Source of the DNA: a virus
Taxonomy: Duplodnaviria > Heunggongvirae > Uroviricota > Caudoviricetes
Direction: 5' to 3' (one strand)
Virus record (IMG/VR): IMGVR_UViG_2778261504_000003
Location: 1-24,148 of that record
Length of the DNA stretch: 24,148 bases
In this document: in pieces, positions 1 to 7,050 of the stretch
Position numbering within the stretch: the first letter of the stretch is position 1
Layout of the letters: each line of letters starts with the position of its first letter
Position numbers and translations under genes: made by a program
The notes under the pieces: model-generated
The model's database searches: none
What the model was told of the DNA's origin: nothing
What the model saw: only the letters and a program-made list of their open reading frames with translations

Positions 1-350
1 ACAGCGTTCTGTACTTCAGGGGCCAGCTTGTCAAAAGTGACGTTCATCGGATCGGATTCAGTCTCAACCGGGACAAAGGAAGCAGACTCCTCATCCCAGC
101 GGTTTTCCTGCATATATTCAGCATCCCAGGAATCGAGGGCAGGGCGGGGTATACCGGGTTTATCCTCGCAAACAAGAAATTTATAAGCGCAGTCCTGAGC
201 AGCCGGATATTGCTCCAGGAATTGCCAGGTAAATTTGGCACGGGCGCGGCGTTCGTCACCGGCTTCAATGGCAGTGGCTACAGCAATTGCACCTTCTTCC
301 TTTATTGCCTGTTCGTCCGGAATGGCGGCGCAAATAAAGACTTTACTCAT
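1..350 (-). CDS. Early-left operon protein, partial (C-terminal part continues beyond window start); unknown function
   Basis: Minus-strand ATG at 348-350 (reverse complement reads MSKVFICAAIPDEQAIKEEGAIAVATAIEAGDERRARAK...), GAGG about 9 nt upstream, open to the window edge. Lies downstream of ydfD in the same operon direction. Not in the ORF track because no stop is inside the window. Confidence 0.6.
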   Translation of the reverse strand, partial: MSKVFICAAIPDEQAIKEEGAIAVATAIEAGDERRARAKFTWQFLEQYPAAQDCAYKFLVCEDKPGIPRPALDSWDAEYMQENRWDEESASFVPVETESDPMNVTFDKLAPEVQNA

Positions 351-443
351 TTTGTTTTAACCTCATGACATATTTAAGGATGAACAAATCCCTGCCATTG
401 CTGGCATATAAGAATGAAATCGGATGTTTATTACGGAACTGTT

Positions 444-635
444 TTAAAGACCTGCCGGGATTTCGTTATTATCCTGGTGAATAACTTTATCGACCGGGTA
501 ACAGTTACCGGGAATTTTCTGTTCGGTTGCTGCAGTCACACACTCCTGCATTGTCCTGTGAACACTGACTGCAATATCAACTGGCTCTCCGGAAACAAGA
601 AAAACTGTCAGAACAAGTGCAAATGCTGTATTCAT
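444..635 (-). CDS. ydfD: YdfD-like small membrane/lysis protein (63 aa)
   Basis: Internal Met of track ORF 444..689 gives MNTAFALVLTVFLVSGEPVDIAVSVHRTMQECVTAATEQKIPGNCYPVDKVIHQDNNEIPAGL, matching my memory of E. coli Qin YdfD. Its ATG overlaps the dicB stop (ATGA), implying translational coupling. Confidence 0.75.
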   Translation of the reverse strand: MNTAFALVLTVFLVSGEPVDIAVSVHRTMQECVTAATEQKIPGNCYPVDKVIHQDNNEIPAGL

Positions 636-820
636 TGCCAGCATCCTTTTTGTATCGGACGTAAACGGGCCAGCATTGAAAGAATGCATATTTTATTTAA
701 TAGCTCCCGTTCGTGTTTTCTCTTGTTAATGGCATCTTCAGTAAATACAGGGTTACTGATAGTGACACCAATTTCAAAACAACCTTCAGACGTATTAACG
801 TTTGGTAATAACGTTTCCAT
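632..820 (-). CDS. dicB: Cell division inhibitor DicB (62 aa)
   Basis: Internal Met of track ORF 632..925 gives METLLPNVNTSEGCFEIGVTISNPVFTEDAINKRKHERELLNKICILSMLARLRPIQKGCWQ, near-identical to remembered E. coli K-12 DicB. Lies about 170 nt downstream of DicF as in the K-12 dicB operon. Confidence 0.85.
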   Translation of the reverse strand: METLLPNVNTSEGCFEIGVTISNPVFTEDAINKRKHERELLNKICILSMLARLRPIQKGCWQ

Positions 821-989
821 TATCGCGTCCTCAACAATGAATTTTGTGATGCGGTGCCTGGTGCCTCCAGGTGACGTTAACCAGTTAACAATTAACGCCG
901 GATACAGAGAATCCACCCATAACACTGTTTTTGGTTTTAACTGTTCCGCGTGCGCTCAGCCGCATTCACCGCATCACAAAATTCACTTT

Positions 990-1047
990 AAAAAGGGCGG
1001 CAGAGCAGTCACGGAGTAAAACTGATACCGCCAAACGTCACCAGAAA
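990..1047 (-). ncRNA. dicF: DicF small regulatory RNA (ftsZ-targeting sRNA of the dicB operon) with its 3' stem-loop and U-tail
   Basis: Reverse complement of 990-1047 reads TTTCTGGTGACGTTTGGCGGTATCAGTTTTACTCCGTGACTGCTCTGCCGCCCTTTTT, which matches the DicF sequence as I remember it. It ends in a GGCGG...CCGCC stem followed by a U-run. Position between ydfC and dicB is as in Qin. Confidence 0.85.
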
Positions 1048-1380
1048 ATTGATAACAGAGGGCGTTGCAGCGGGGTTGTCACTTAAGCGTATGGTCAACC
1101 TGACAACCCGGTGTCCTCAACGGGGAAGGAATAACCCCGCCATACTTACCGCCGCGCCATTTCGCGGAGTGCCACAACCGGAAGCGCACGGTCGACGAAA
1201 ATTTAACGACAGGCTATCTATGAACCAACAACCTCGCCGTGCGCTTTCGCGTTATGCTCTGACTTTTCAGAGAAATATCCTTTCAGTAAACTGTCAGTGC
1301 CGGATGTTCACCCGTGTCCGGCGCACGCACTCCATTTCACCCGTGGAGAACTCCTTAATTACCAACCCTCAGGAGGGTGA

Positions 1381-1614
1381 ATGTTAAAATCAACTCTTAT
1401 TGCTAAATGCCTTTATCAAAATCGCATGGTAAGCAGCATTTCAATAGGCGAGTCTGCAGTTAAAAGTATTTTCGAAGAGTACTTTCCCGGGCATGATTTT
1501 AATAAATGGAATACCAAATTACCGCCAGCAGTTTCAACGCGTATTCTGAAAGCAACTGAAAGAGCAAGTACAATTCGCGTTAACTATTTCATTAAAGATT
1601 TGTGGGATCTTTGA
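1381..1614 (+). CDS. Hypothetical protein (77 aa), antisense to the early-left operon, inside the AT-rich insert
   Basis: ATG at 1381 directly preceded by AGGAGG (1371-1376). A 77-codon ORF in AT-rich DNA is unlikely by chance. Its 3' end overlaps the 3' end of the convergent 135-aa ORF by 23 nt. No recognisable family. Confidence 0.4.
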   Translation: MLKSTLIAKCLYQNRMVSSISIGESAVKSIFEEYFPGHDFNKWNTKLPPAVSTRILKATERASTIRVNYFIKDLWDL

Positions 1615-1999
1615 TATCCACAGAGCCTAAAGTATGTGCATATGGATGTGCTATTGTGCGCCCTCGCAGATTTGCATCATTTTCTAAATTCACTGAACGA
1701 AACAGGGCATCAACAAGGCTCTGTACAATGCAAAGGCAATCGAAGACTGTCGCCGTTTCTGTTTTGATTGATGAAAGAACATGGCCATTCACGCAAACAG
1801 AAATTACCCGTTTATTAACATCGCTTTCCTGCTTTTGATTATCAGAACCATATAGCCCAGAAAAAGCATTGCGCACATTACGAACCATATTATCGATGGT
1901 TTCTTTTTTGGTGTATGCCGGGTCAATTTTCACCAGACTATCACCGAGAGTCGTTGCAGCAATTGTCTGGATTTCTTTTGGTAAATCTTTAAATTCCAT
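1592..1999 (-). CDS. Hypothetical protein (135 aa) inserted in the dicB operon between ydfC and DicF
   Basis: Minus-strand ATG at 1999 with GAGG 6 nt upstream, 22 nt after the ydfC stop and in operon orientation. AT-rich relative to flanks. No recognisable family. Confidence 0.5.
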   Translation of the reverse strand: MEFKDLPKEIQTIAATTLGDSLVKIDPAYTKKETIDNMVRNVRNAFSGLYGSDNQKQESDVNKRVISVCVNGHVLSSIKTETATVFDCLCIVQSLVDALFRSVNLENDANLRGRTIAHPYAHTLGSVDIKDPTNL

Positions 2000-2021
2000 T
2001 ATTAGCCTCGTTGGTTAGCTA

Positions 2022-2240
2022 TTAACGCGGGTATGTAATCATTCTGGCAATGCTTAATGCCGCTGCTTTTTCCAGCCTGGTGATATCCTGCTCCAGAGCG
2101 GACAGATTTTCAGCCTGCTTAGCCCTGGCTTCATTGGCCCATTTCAGATCCTGCGCTGCATTAATTTTCTGGCGCATCCACTCATAAAGTTCATCATCGG
2201 TATAGTCTGGCGCGATGATGACGGGTTCTCGTTTCTGCAT
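2022..2240 (-). CDS. ydfC: YdfC-like protein (72 aa)
   Basis: MQKREPVIIAPDYTDDELYEWMRQKINAAQDLKWANEARAKQAENLSALEQDITRLEKAAALSIARMITYPR matches remembered Qin YdfC in sequence and length; position after ydfB. Confidence 0.8.
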   Translation of the reverse strand: MQKREPVIIAPDYTDDELYEWMRQKINAAQDLKWANEARAKQAENLSALEQDITRLEKAAALSIARMITYPR

Positions 2241-2269
2241 ACTGATTCCTCGCGGTGCTGTTTCGCTTA

Positions 2270-2398
2270 TCAGCCGTTAGATTTTGCCGAACTGGAAAGC
2301 GCCTGTTTAAATTCGTTGAAGCTGTGAGCTTCTTCGCCTTCGGCAAGGCCTTCGAAGTATTCTTCGTAAGCCTTTTCCATGATTGTGTCAAAATCCAT
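2270..2398 (-). CDS. ydfB: YdfB-like small acidic protein (42 aa)
   Basis: Hand translation of the minus strand: MDFDTIMEKAYEEYFEGLAEGEEAHSFNEFKQALSSSAKSNG. Starts immediately after the ydfA stop. Below the size cut-off of the ORF track. Confidence 0.7.
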   Translation of the reverse strand: MDFDTIMEKAYEEYFEGLAEGEEAHSFNEFKQALSSSAKSNG

Positions 2399-2399
2399 A

Positions 2400-2555
2400 T
2401 CACTCACCTGAGTTTCTTTCCAGCCAGCGACGGGCACCATTTTCGGTTTTAAACGTTTTGCTTTTGGTATACGTCATTGCGGTGAAGGTGCCGTCCTGGT
2501 TTGGAAACACGCCGTACACCAGAGATTCGTTGTTGCCAAGATCGATAGTATCCAT
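2400..2555 (-). CDS. ydfA: YdfA-like protein (DUF1391-type, 51 aa)
   Basis: Hand translation of the minus strand: MDTIDLGNNESLVYGVFPNQDGTFTAMTYTKSKTFKTENGARRWLERNSGE. First gene after the repressor terminator, as in Qin. Confidence 0.7.
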   Translation of the reverse strand: MDTIDLGNNESLVYGVFPNQDGTFTAMTYTKSKTFKTENGARRWLERNSGE

Positions 2556-2633
2556 GCTGACCTCATTTCCCCTTAACGCCGGGGTAGCGGAACTTTAGCC
2601 TGACAACGATGCGGTTCGTTGTTGATGGAATGA

Positions 2634-2662
2634 ATGGTAAAACTATTGGTTTTATTGGTCAA
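2634..2662 (-). promoter_or_regulatory. Candidate sigma70 promoter of the ydfABC-dicF-dicB operon with overlapping operator-like repeats
   Basis: On the minus strand: TTGACC, 17-nt spacer, TACCAT. Overlaps the repeats CTATTGG / TCAATAG (2643-2665), which resemble the AACTATAGG half-sites in the repressor/cro intergenic region. Confidence 0.35.
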
Positions 2663-2695
2663 TAGACAATGGAACATAAAGTTTTATTTGTGAGG

Positions 2696-2725
2696 ATAAA
2701 AAAAGCGCCAGGGAGGCGCTTTTTT
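2696..2725. terminator. Bidirectional intrinsic terminator between the repressor gene and the dicB-operon promoter
   Basis: A-run, GCGCC, AGGGA loop, GGCGC, then TTTTTT. Reads as hairpin plus U-tract on both strands. Confidence 0.6.
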
Positions 2726-2733
2726 CATGTAAC

Positions 2734-3144
2734 TTATTGTTTTTGAATATCATTGATTATGTCGTATACATCGTTTTTTAGAAGATCCATTTCATGAAGA
2801 ATGCTTTTTGTGTGCATGATTAGTCTCAGCTTTTCCGTTTCTGGCAACTGATTAAAAAGGGACAATAGCGCCTTTTCTTTGTCGTCAAGCTGGATTAGTG
2901 GTGGTGCATCTTCTTCCTTTGAATGTTCATTTAGCGGCATAAAAAACCAATGTTCTGGTTTTCCTGTTACCGCGGCAAGTCTTTTTAATCTTTCTCCGCT
3001 GGCAATGGTTTCTCCTGTTGCCCACTTACGCACAGCGGTATGGGACAGCATAACCTTTTTAGCCAGACCGGCTAACGACCAGCCATGTTCGCTCATTGCT
3101 TGCCGAACTCTCTCAGCAAATATTGGATGGTTTATTTTACTCAT
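2734..3144 (-). CDS. Prophage repressor, DicA-like (XRE-family HTH, 136 aa)
   Basis: N-terminal HTH (GWSLAGLAKKVMLSHTAVRKWATGE) and C-terminal LLSLFNQLPETEKLRL motif resembling DicA (LLELFNALPESEQ). Divergent from the Cro-like gene, upstream of ydfA as dicA is in Qin. Confidence 0.85.
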   Translation of the reverse strand: MSKINHPIFAERVRQAMSEHGWSLAGLAKKVMLSHTAVRKWATGETIASGERLKRLAAVTGKPEHWFFMPLNEHSKEEDAPPLIQLDDKEKALLSLFNQLPETEKLRLIMHTKSILHEMDLLKNDVYDIINDIQKQ

Positions 3145-3229
3145 TTTTTAAGTATACAACCAAAGGTTTCACCAATCAGCAAAACTATAGGTTTTGTGTT
3201 GAAACTTATAGTTTTTGATGGTAGCGTAG
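3145..3229. promoter_or_regulatory. Divergent promoter/operator region between the repressor and Cro-like genes
   Basis: AT-rich 85-nt intergenic region with an imperfect inverted repeat AAACTATAGG ... CTTATAGTTT (3182-3215) and GTTTCA / TGAAAC half-sites. Confidence 0.5.
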
Positions 3230-3256
3230 GTGAAATTAATAGTACTGGTGGAAAGT

Positions 3257-3532
3257 ATGAGTAATCAAATTCACGATAAGATCTCTAAAAAAATGTCGAA
3301 AACTGACATTGGCAAACACTTTGGCATTAGCTCCCAGGCCGTAGGCAAGTGGTTCATTAAAGGCAAGGTTCCTGCTGAACGCGTGTCGTCACTCTGTGCA
3401 TTACTGAATTGGGAAATTACTCCCCACGAACTTCGCCCTGACATTTATCCCAACCCAACAGATGGACTACCTTGTGAAAATAAGTGTATGTCGAATGAAT
3501 CACTGGCGGTGAACAATGATATTCACTCCTGA
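3257..3532 (+). CDS. Cro/DicC-like HTH regulator
   Basis: HTH near the N-terminus (KTDIGKHFGISSQAVGKWF), divergent from the repressor. Start is ambiguous: GTG 3230, ATG 3257 or ATG 3293. Confidence 0.7.
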   Translation: MSNQIHDKISKKMSKTDIGKHFGISSQAVGKWFIKGKVPAERVSSLCALLNWEITPHELRPDIYPNPTDGLPCENKCMSNESLAVNNDIHS

Positions 3533-4037
3533 GCAGGCTCGCGAGGCTCTGGATGCCTGGGTATGCCGACCAGGAATGACGCAGGAGCAGGCGACGATAT
3601 TAATCACGGAAGCATTCTGGGCTCTGAAAGAACGCCCGAACATCGATGTTCATCGCGTCACGTTTGATGATGGCGCGGTTGATCAACGGGCGCTGGGCGT
3701 TAACAGGGTGAAGATATTCGAACGCTGGAAAGCTATCGACACCAGGGATAAGCGTGAAAAATTCACGGCGCTGATTCCGGCAATTATGGAGGCTATCCGG
3801 ATCAGCGATTTCAGGTTGTATTGTGAAATTACTGACGGAAAAAGCATTACGTACATGATCGCCGGGTTAAACAAAGAATATGGCGATGTGGTGGAGTCCG
3901 GGCTGCTTTTTGCGGATCCAGCTGTTGTGGAACGTGAGACTGACGAGCTTATAGAAAAAGCCATTGCTTTCAAGCGTGCGTATCGTCAGCAATATCAACA
4001 AAAAGTCGGATGGAATTATGAGTCTTCTTTTTGCTGA
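3516..4037 (+). CDS. YdaT-like protein (CII-position regulator of Rac/Qin-type phages), 173 aa
   Basis: Immediately follows and overlaps the Cro-like gene. Contains REKFTALIPAIMEAIR, which resembles the YdaT family as I remember it. Family assignment tentative. Confidence 0.5.
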   Translation: MIFTPEQAREALDAWVCRPGMTQEQATILITEAFWALKERPNIDVHRVTFDDGAVDQRALGVNRVKIFERWKAIDTRDKREKFTALIPAIMEAIRISDFRLYCEITDGKSITYMIAGLNKEYGDVVESGLLFADPAVVERETDELIEKAIAFKRAYRQQYQQKVGWNYESSFC

Positions 4038-4983
4038 ACGCCCACTGGTTATTAACACGCAGCTGGCGATGAAAATTGGTCTGAACGAAGCCATCGTGTT
4101 GCAGCAGCTGCATTACTGGTTGAGAGATACCGGTTCCGGCATGGAATGTGATGGTGTTCGCTGGATTTATAACACAACAGAACAATGGCTGGAACAGTTC
4201 CCGTTCTGGTCAGAGTCAACGTTAAAACGCGCATTTGCAAGTCTGAAAGCGCTGGGGCTTTTGCGTTGCGAAAAGCTCAACAAATCAAAGCGTGACATGA
4301 CTAATTTTTACACGATTAATTACGAGAGCGAGCTTTTAGATGGTGGCAAAGTGAGCGAATCCATCAGGTCAAAATGCGCCGCTCCATCAGGTCAAAATGA
4401 CACGATGGAAGAGGCCAAAATGACACGCTCCATTGGTTCAAAACGACACAATGTCATCGGGTCAAAATGGCCTGATGATCTTACAGAGAATACAACAGAG
4501 ATTACTACAGAGAATAAAAACACTTCTCGTCCGGAAGCTTTGCAACCGGACATGCAGACGGCTGAACAGGATTTTTTGACCCGACATCCTGACGCGGTTG
4601 TGTTCAGTGCGAAAAAACGCCAGTGGGGCAGCCAGGAAGATTTAGCGTGTGCGCAGTGGATCTGGGGACGAATCGTGAGTCTTTACGAGCAGGCTGCCAG
4701 CGATGATGGCGAAATCATGCGACCGAAAGAACCCAATTGGACTGCATGGGCCAATGATGTGCGCACAATGCGGATGCTGGATGGCAGAACTCACAGACAA
4801 ATTTGCGAAATGTTTGGTCGGGTGCAGCGGGATCCCTTCTGGGTAAAAAACGTCATGAGCCCGTCAAAGCTTCGCGAAAAATGGGATGAGCTGGTTATTC
4901 GTCTGGGGCGTTCGCCTGTACAGCGTTGCGTGAATCACATTTCTGAACCGGACACCGAAATTCCGCCGGGGTTCAGGGGGTAA
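4015..4983 (+). CDS. Phage replication initiation protein (N-terminal replisome-organizer-like wHTH; C-terminal DnaT-like region)
   Basis: LVINTQLAMKIGLNEAIVLQQLHYWL...WIYNTTEQWLEQFPFWSESTLKRAFASLKALGLL is typical of phage replication initiator N-domains. Position after cro/cII analogues. Start at ATG 4015 (GGATGGAA upstream) preferred over 3964. Confidence 0.65.
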   Translation: MMSLLFAERPLVINTQLAMKIGLNEAIVLQQLHYWLRDTGSGMECDGVRWIYNTTEQWLEQFPFWSESTLKRAFASLKALGLLRCEKLNKSKRDMTNFYTINYESELLDGGKVSESIRSKCAAPSGQNDTMEEAKMTRSIGSKRHNVIGSKWPDDLTENTTEITTENKNTSRPEALQPDMQTAEQDFLTRHPDAVVFSAKKRQWGSQEDLACAQWIWGRIVSLYEQAASDDGEIMRPKEPNWTAWANDVRTMRMLDGRTHRQICEMFGRVQRDPFWVKNVMSPSKLREKWDELVIRLGRSPVQRCVNHISEPDTEIPPGFRG

Positions 4984-5025
4984 GTGTTGATTTGAGGTTA
5001 TGAAGTTATTTTCTCAGGAGAGTTT

Positions 5026-5427
5026 ATGGGGGCTATTTATACCGAAGAACAGCGGGAAAGATTACAGCGTCACATCGTTGACCTTGTACGTAAAAACGGG
5101 CGTATGACAATGCCACAACTGGCATCGACAACATATGCTTCACATGATTCCATTCGCCGGTACCTGAAGATGCTGGTGAGCCAGGGCGAAGTGTATGTTG
5201 TCAGCGGAAAAGGGGTGTTCCTTTCAGAGGGAGTTTACCGTGAATGGCTGGCAAGTTCGGCAAGAAAAGCAAGGGTTATCCGCAAACCAGCACAAAAACA
5301 GGGTAAAGCCGGAGCACAACCCTACGACCGGCACCAGAACATAATTTGCCGTGAGTGCCGTCAGAGTGAGGTTATGCAGCGTGTACTGGCGTTCTATCAG
5401 GGAGATTTTCAGGAGGTGATGGTGTGA
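5026..5427 (+). CDS. Hypothetical early protein with a probable winged-helix DNA-binding N-domain (133 aa)
   Basis: AGGAGA 7 nt upstream of ATG. TMPQLASTTYASHDSIRRYLKMLVSQGEV resembles a wHTH recognition helix. Basic, Cys-containing C-terminus. Confidence 0.6.
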   Translation: MGAIYTEEQRERLQRHIVDLVRKNGRMTMPQLASTTYASHDSIRRYLKMLVSQGEVYVVSGKGVFLSEGVYREWLASSARKARVIRKPAQKQGKAGAQPYDRHQNIICRECRQSEVMQRVLAFYQGDFQEVMV

Positions 5428-5723
5428 GGGTAAGGGTTTATATCGCTGGTCCGATGACCGGGTATAAAAATTTCAACCGTGAGGCGTTCCACAATGCGGA
5501 AGAGGAACTGAAACGGGAAGGGCATACAGTCTTAAACCCGGCAGTACTTCCAGACGGGCTGACACAGCCACACTACATGGATATTTGCATGGCAATGATT
5601 CGTTGTGTGGATGCGATTTACATGCTGAAAGGCTGGCAGTGGTCAACAGGCGCTAAGGCAGAACTGGCACTGGCGGAGAAGCTGGGGCATGCAGTTATTT
5701 TCCAGGAGGCAAACAGTGAGTAA
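5424..5723 (+). CDS. DUF4406-family protein (nucleoside 2-deoxyribosyltransferase-like fold), 99 aa
   Basis: N-terminal VYIAGPMTG motif and ...NPAV... WQWSTGAKAELALAEKLGHAV pattern characteristic of DUF4406. GTG start overlaps the upstream stop (GTGA); AGGAGG upstream. Confidence 0.7.
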   Translation: MRVRVYIAGPMTGYKNFNREAFHNAEEELKREGHTVLNPAVLPDGLTQPHYMDICMAMIRCVDAIYMLKGWQWSTGAKAELALAEKLGHAVIFQEANSE

Positions 5724-6396
5724 TCAATGGCGACCAGATATTTGCCCTATAACCGGACGTGCATTTTTCATGTGGATTGAGCATCCGAAATTGGGAAATG
5801 TACCGACGTACGGTGGCCCATTAGACAGTTACACCATTCCAACAAGGGACAGCGATGGTGAGTTTTCATGTGAGCGTTACGATCATGATTTCGGCGGTTG
5901 GGTAGAAAGCGAATGTCTTGGGTTATATCTGATTGATGATAAAGAGCAATGCAGAGTCTACGAACTGGAGGAACGCATTGCAGGGCTGGAGACTAATCTT
6001 GCTGCGCTTGCGGCGGAGAATGCGGGGCTGAATAAATTTATCGTACAGAGTTGCTACGTGTTTGATGGCGAGCAGGATGAACTATCTGATGCGTATATCT
6101 GTGCAATAGACGGAAGGATGCCGCAAACCCCGGCTACAGATGCTTTCCTGGCTGATGTACGTGCGGAAGCACGCAACGAGGGGATTAACTATACCGCCAG
6201 CCGTCTTGCTGCTGCGTTCAATCACGGATTTATCAATAAGTCTTTACGTGAAGTTTTCGACGTTACGCGCATGATTCTGTCAGCGAAAGAAGAGTTGGCT
6301 AATGAACCGCACCCGATTGATGGTCTGTCCGGTGAATATGCGGAGAAATCCCTTGAAGAATGGGCGGAACAGATTCGCAAAGGAGACAACCAGTGA
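5716..6396 (+). CDS. Hypothetical early protein with a central coiled-coil (possibly Ead/Ea22-like)
   Basis: GTG at 5716 with AGGAGG 6 nt upstream, overlapping the previous stop. Central heptad-like segment ELEERIAGLETNLAALAAENAGL. Family assignment uncertain. Confidence 0.55.
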   Translation: MSNQWRPDICPITGRAFFMWIEHPKLGNVPTYGGPLDSYTIPTRDSDGEFSCERYDHDFGGWVESECLGLYLIDDKEQCRVYELEERIAGLETNLAALAAENAGLNKFIVQSCYVFDGEQDELSDAYICAIDGRMPQTPATDAFLADVRAEARNEGINYTASRLAAAFNHGFINKSLREVFDVTRMILSAKEELANEPHPIDGLSGEYAEKSLEEWAEQIRKGDNQ

Positions 6397-6647
6397 GTGA
6401 GTCAAAATGCCAAATTAATGGCAACAAGATAGAACCATGTGCAGCACTGGCAAAATCCCTTGAGCATGATGCTGAATACACGACGCGAAAAGGTCTGCTG
6501 ATATACAAAATCTGGAATGAGAGTTTAACTCGCGGCCCTGATTTGGTGATGTTGCGTTCCGGTGAATTTTCTAAATCACCAGTGCGGGTTTCATTTTGTC
6601 CGTTCTGTGGTGAAAGTCTGAAAACGTGGGAGAACAGAAATGAATGA
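6393..6647 (+). CDS. Hypothetical small protein with Cys pairs (putative zinc ribbon)
   Basis: GTG start overlapping the upstream stop (GTGA), AAGGAGA upstream. CQINGNKIEPC and CPFCG pairs. Confidence 0.5.
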   Translation: MSESKCQINGNKIEPCAALAKSLEHDAEYTTRKGLLIYKIWNESLTRGPDLVMLRSGEFSKSPVRVSFCPFCGESLKTWENRNE

Positions 6648-6951
6648 AATTAAAGAAATACCAGTAGTACGTGATGAATATGGCTGCTGGACGCATCCTG
6701 AATATGAAAAATTCTGTGATGGTAGAGAACATATTTCAACGGAAGAGTTTAACGCATGGATGGAGGAAAATAATCTTCAATGGACCATCAGAACTATGGA
6801 TGAAGATGATTTTAATCTTGATGCAGATGGTCCTGATATTTCCACCTGGGAACCGGAACGACCAGAGGGCGATGGATGGTTTATTGGTTCAATACATGAC
6901 ACCGAAGATGGCCCGGTTTGTGTCTGGTTGCGAAATAAGGCTGAAGCGTAA
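6640..6951 (+). CDS. Hypothetical strongly acidic protein (103 aa)
   Basis: ATG overlaps the upstream stop. About 27 Asp/Glu against 8 Lys/Arg, with aromatic residues interspersed (WEPERPEGDGWFIGSIHDTEDGP). Confidence 0.6.
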   Translation: MNEIKEIPVVRDEYGCWTHPEYEKFCDGREHISTEEFNAWMEENNLQWTIRTMDEDDFNLDADGPDISTWEPERPEGDGWFIGSIHDTEDGPVCVWLRNKAEA

Positions 6952-7050
6952 AGGCGATAAATCCCCTGGCAACAAAACACTGAAAATTTAAATCAGAAGT
7001 GATTTTTATTAAATCCTTAACCGGAGGGATTCCTGCACCCTCAAAACATC

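Noticed and set aside
414-1019. 201-aa plus-strand ORF
   Set aside because: It lies antisense across ydfD, dicB and the dicB-DicF spacer, which are well supported. It has a low-complexity, Cys/Asn-rich translation and no RBS, so it is most likely spurious.
1048-1380. Retron msr-msd or tRNA-like element
   Set aside because: No reverse transcriptase gene is adjacent, and the inverted repeats do not have the a1/a2 arrangement of retrons. No cloverleaf with a T-loop consensus could be drawn. A GCCGGATG...TCCGGC hairpin at 1299-1324 loosely resembles an E. coli REP element but the match is partial.
1049-1387. 112-aa plus-strand ORF with TTG start
   Set aside because: It runs through the hairpin-dense GC-rich segment and begins inside DicF. 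The translation is Arg/Pro-rich, as expected for a random frame in GC-rich structured DNA. I treat it as non-coding.
2194-2598. Track ORFs 2194..2403 (-), 2255..2452 (+), 2383..2598 (+)
   Set aside because: They overlap the ydfA and ydfB reading frames, which have recognisable products. Their translations look like alternative frames.
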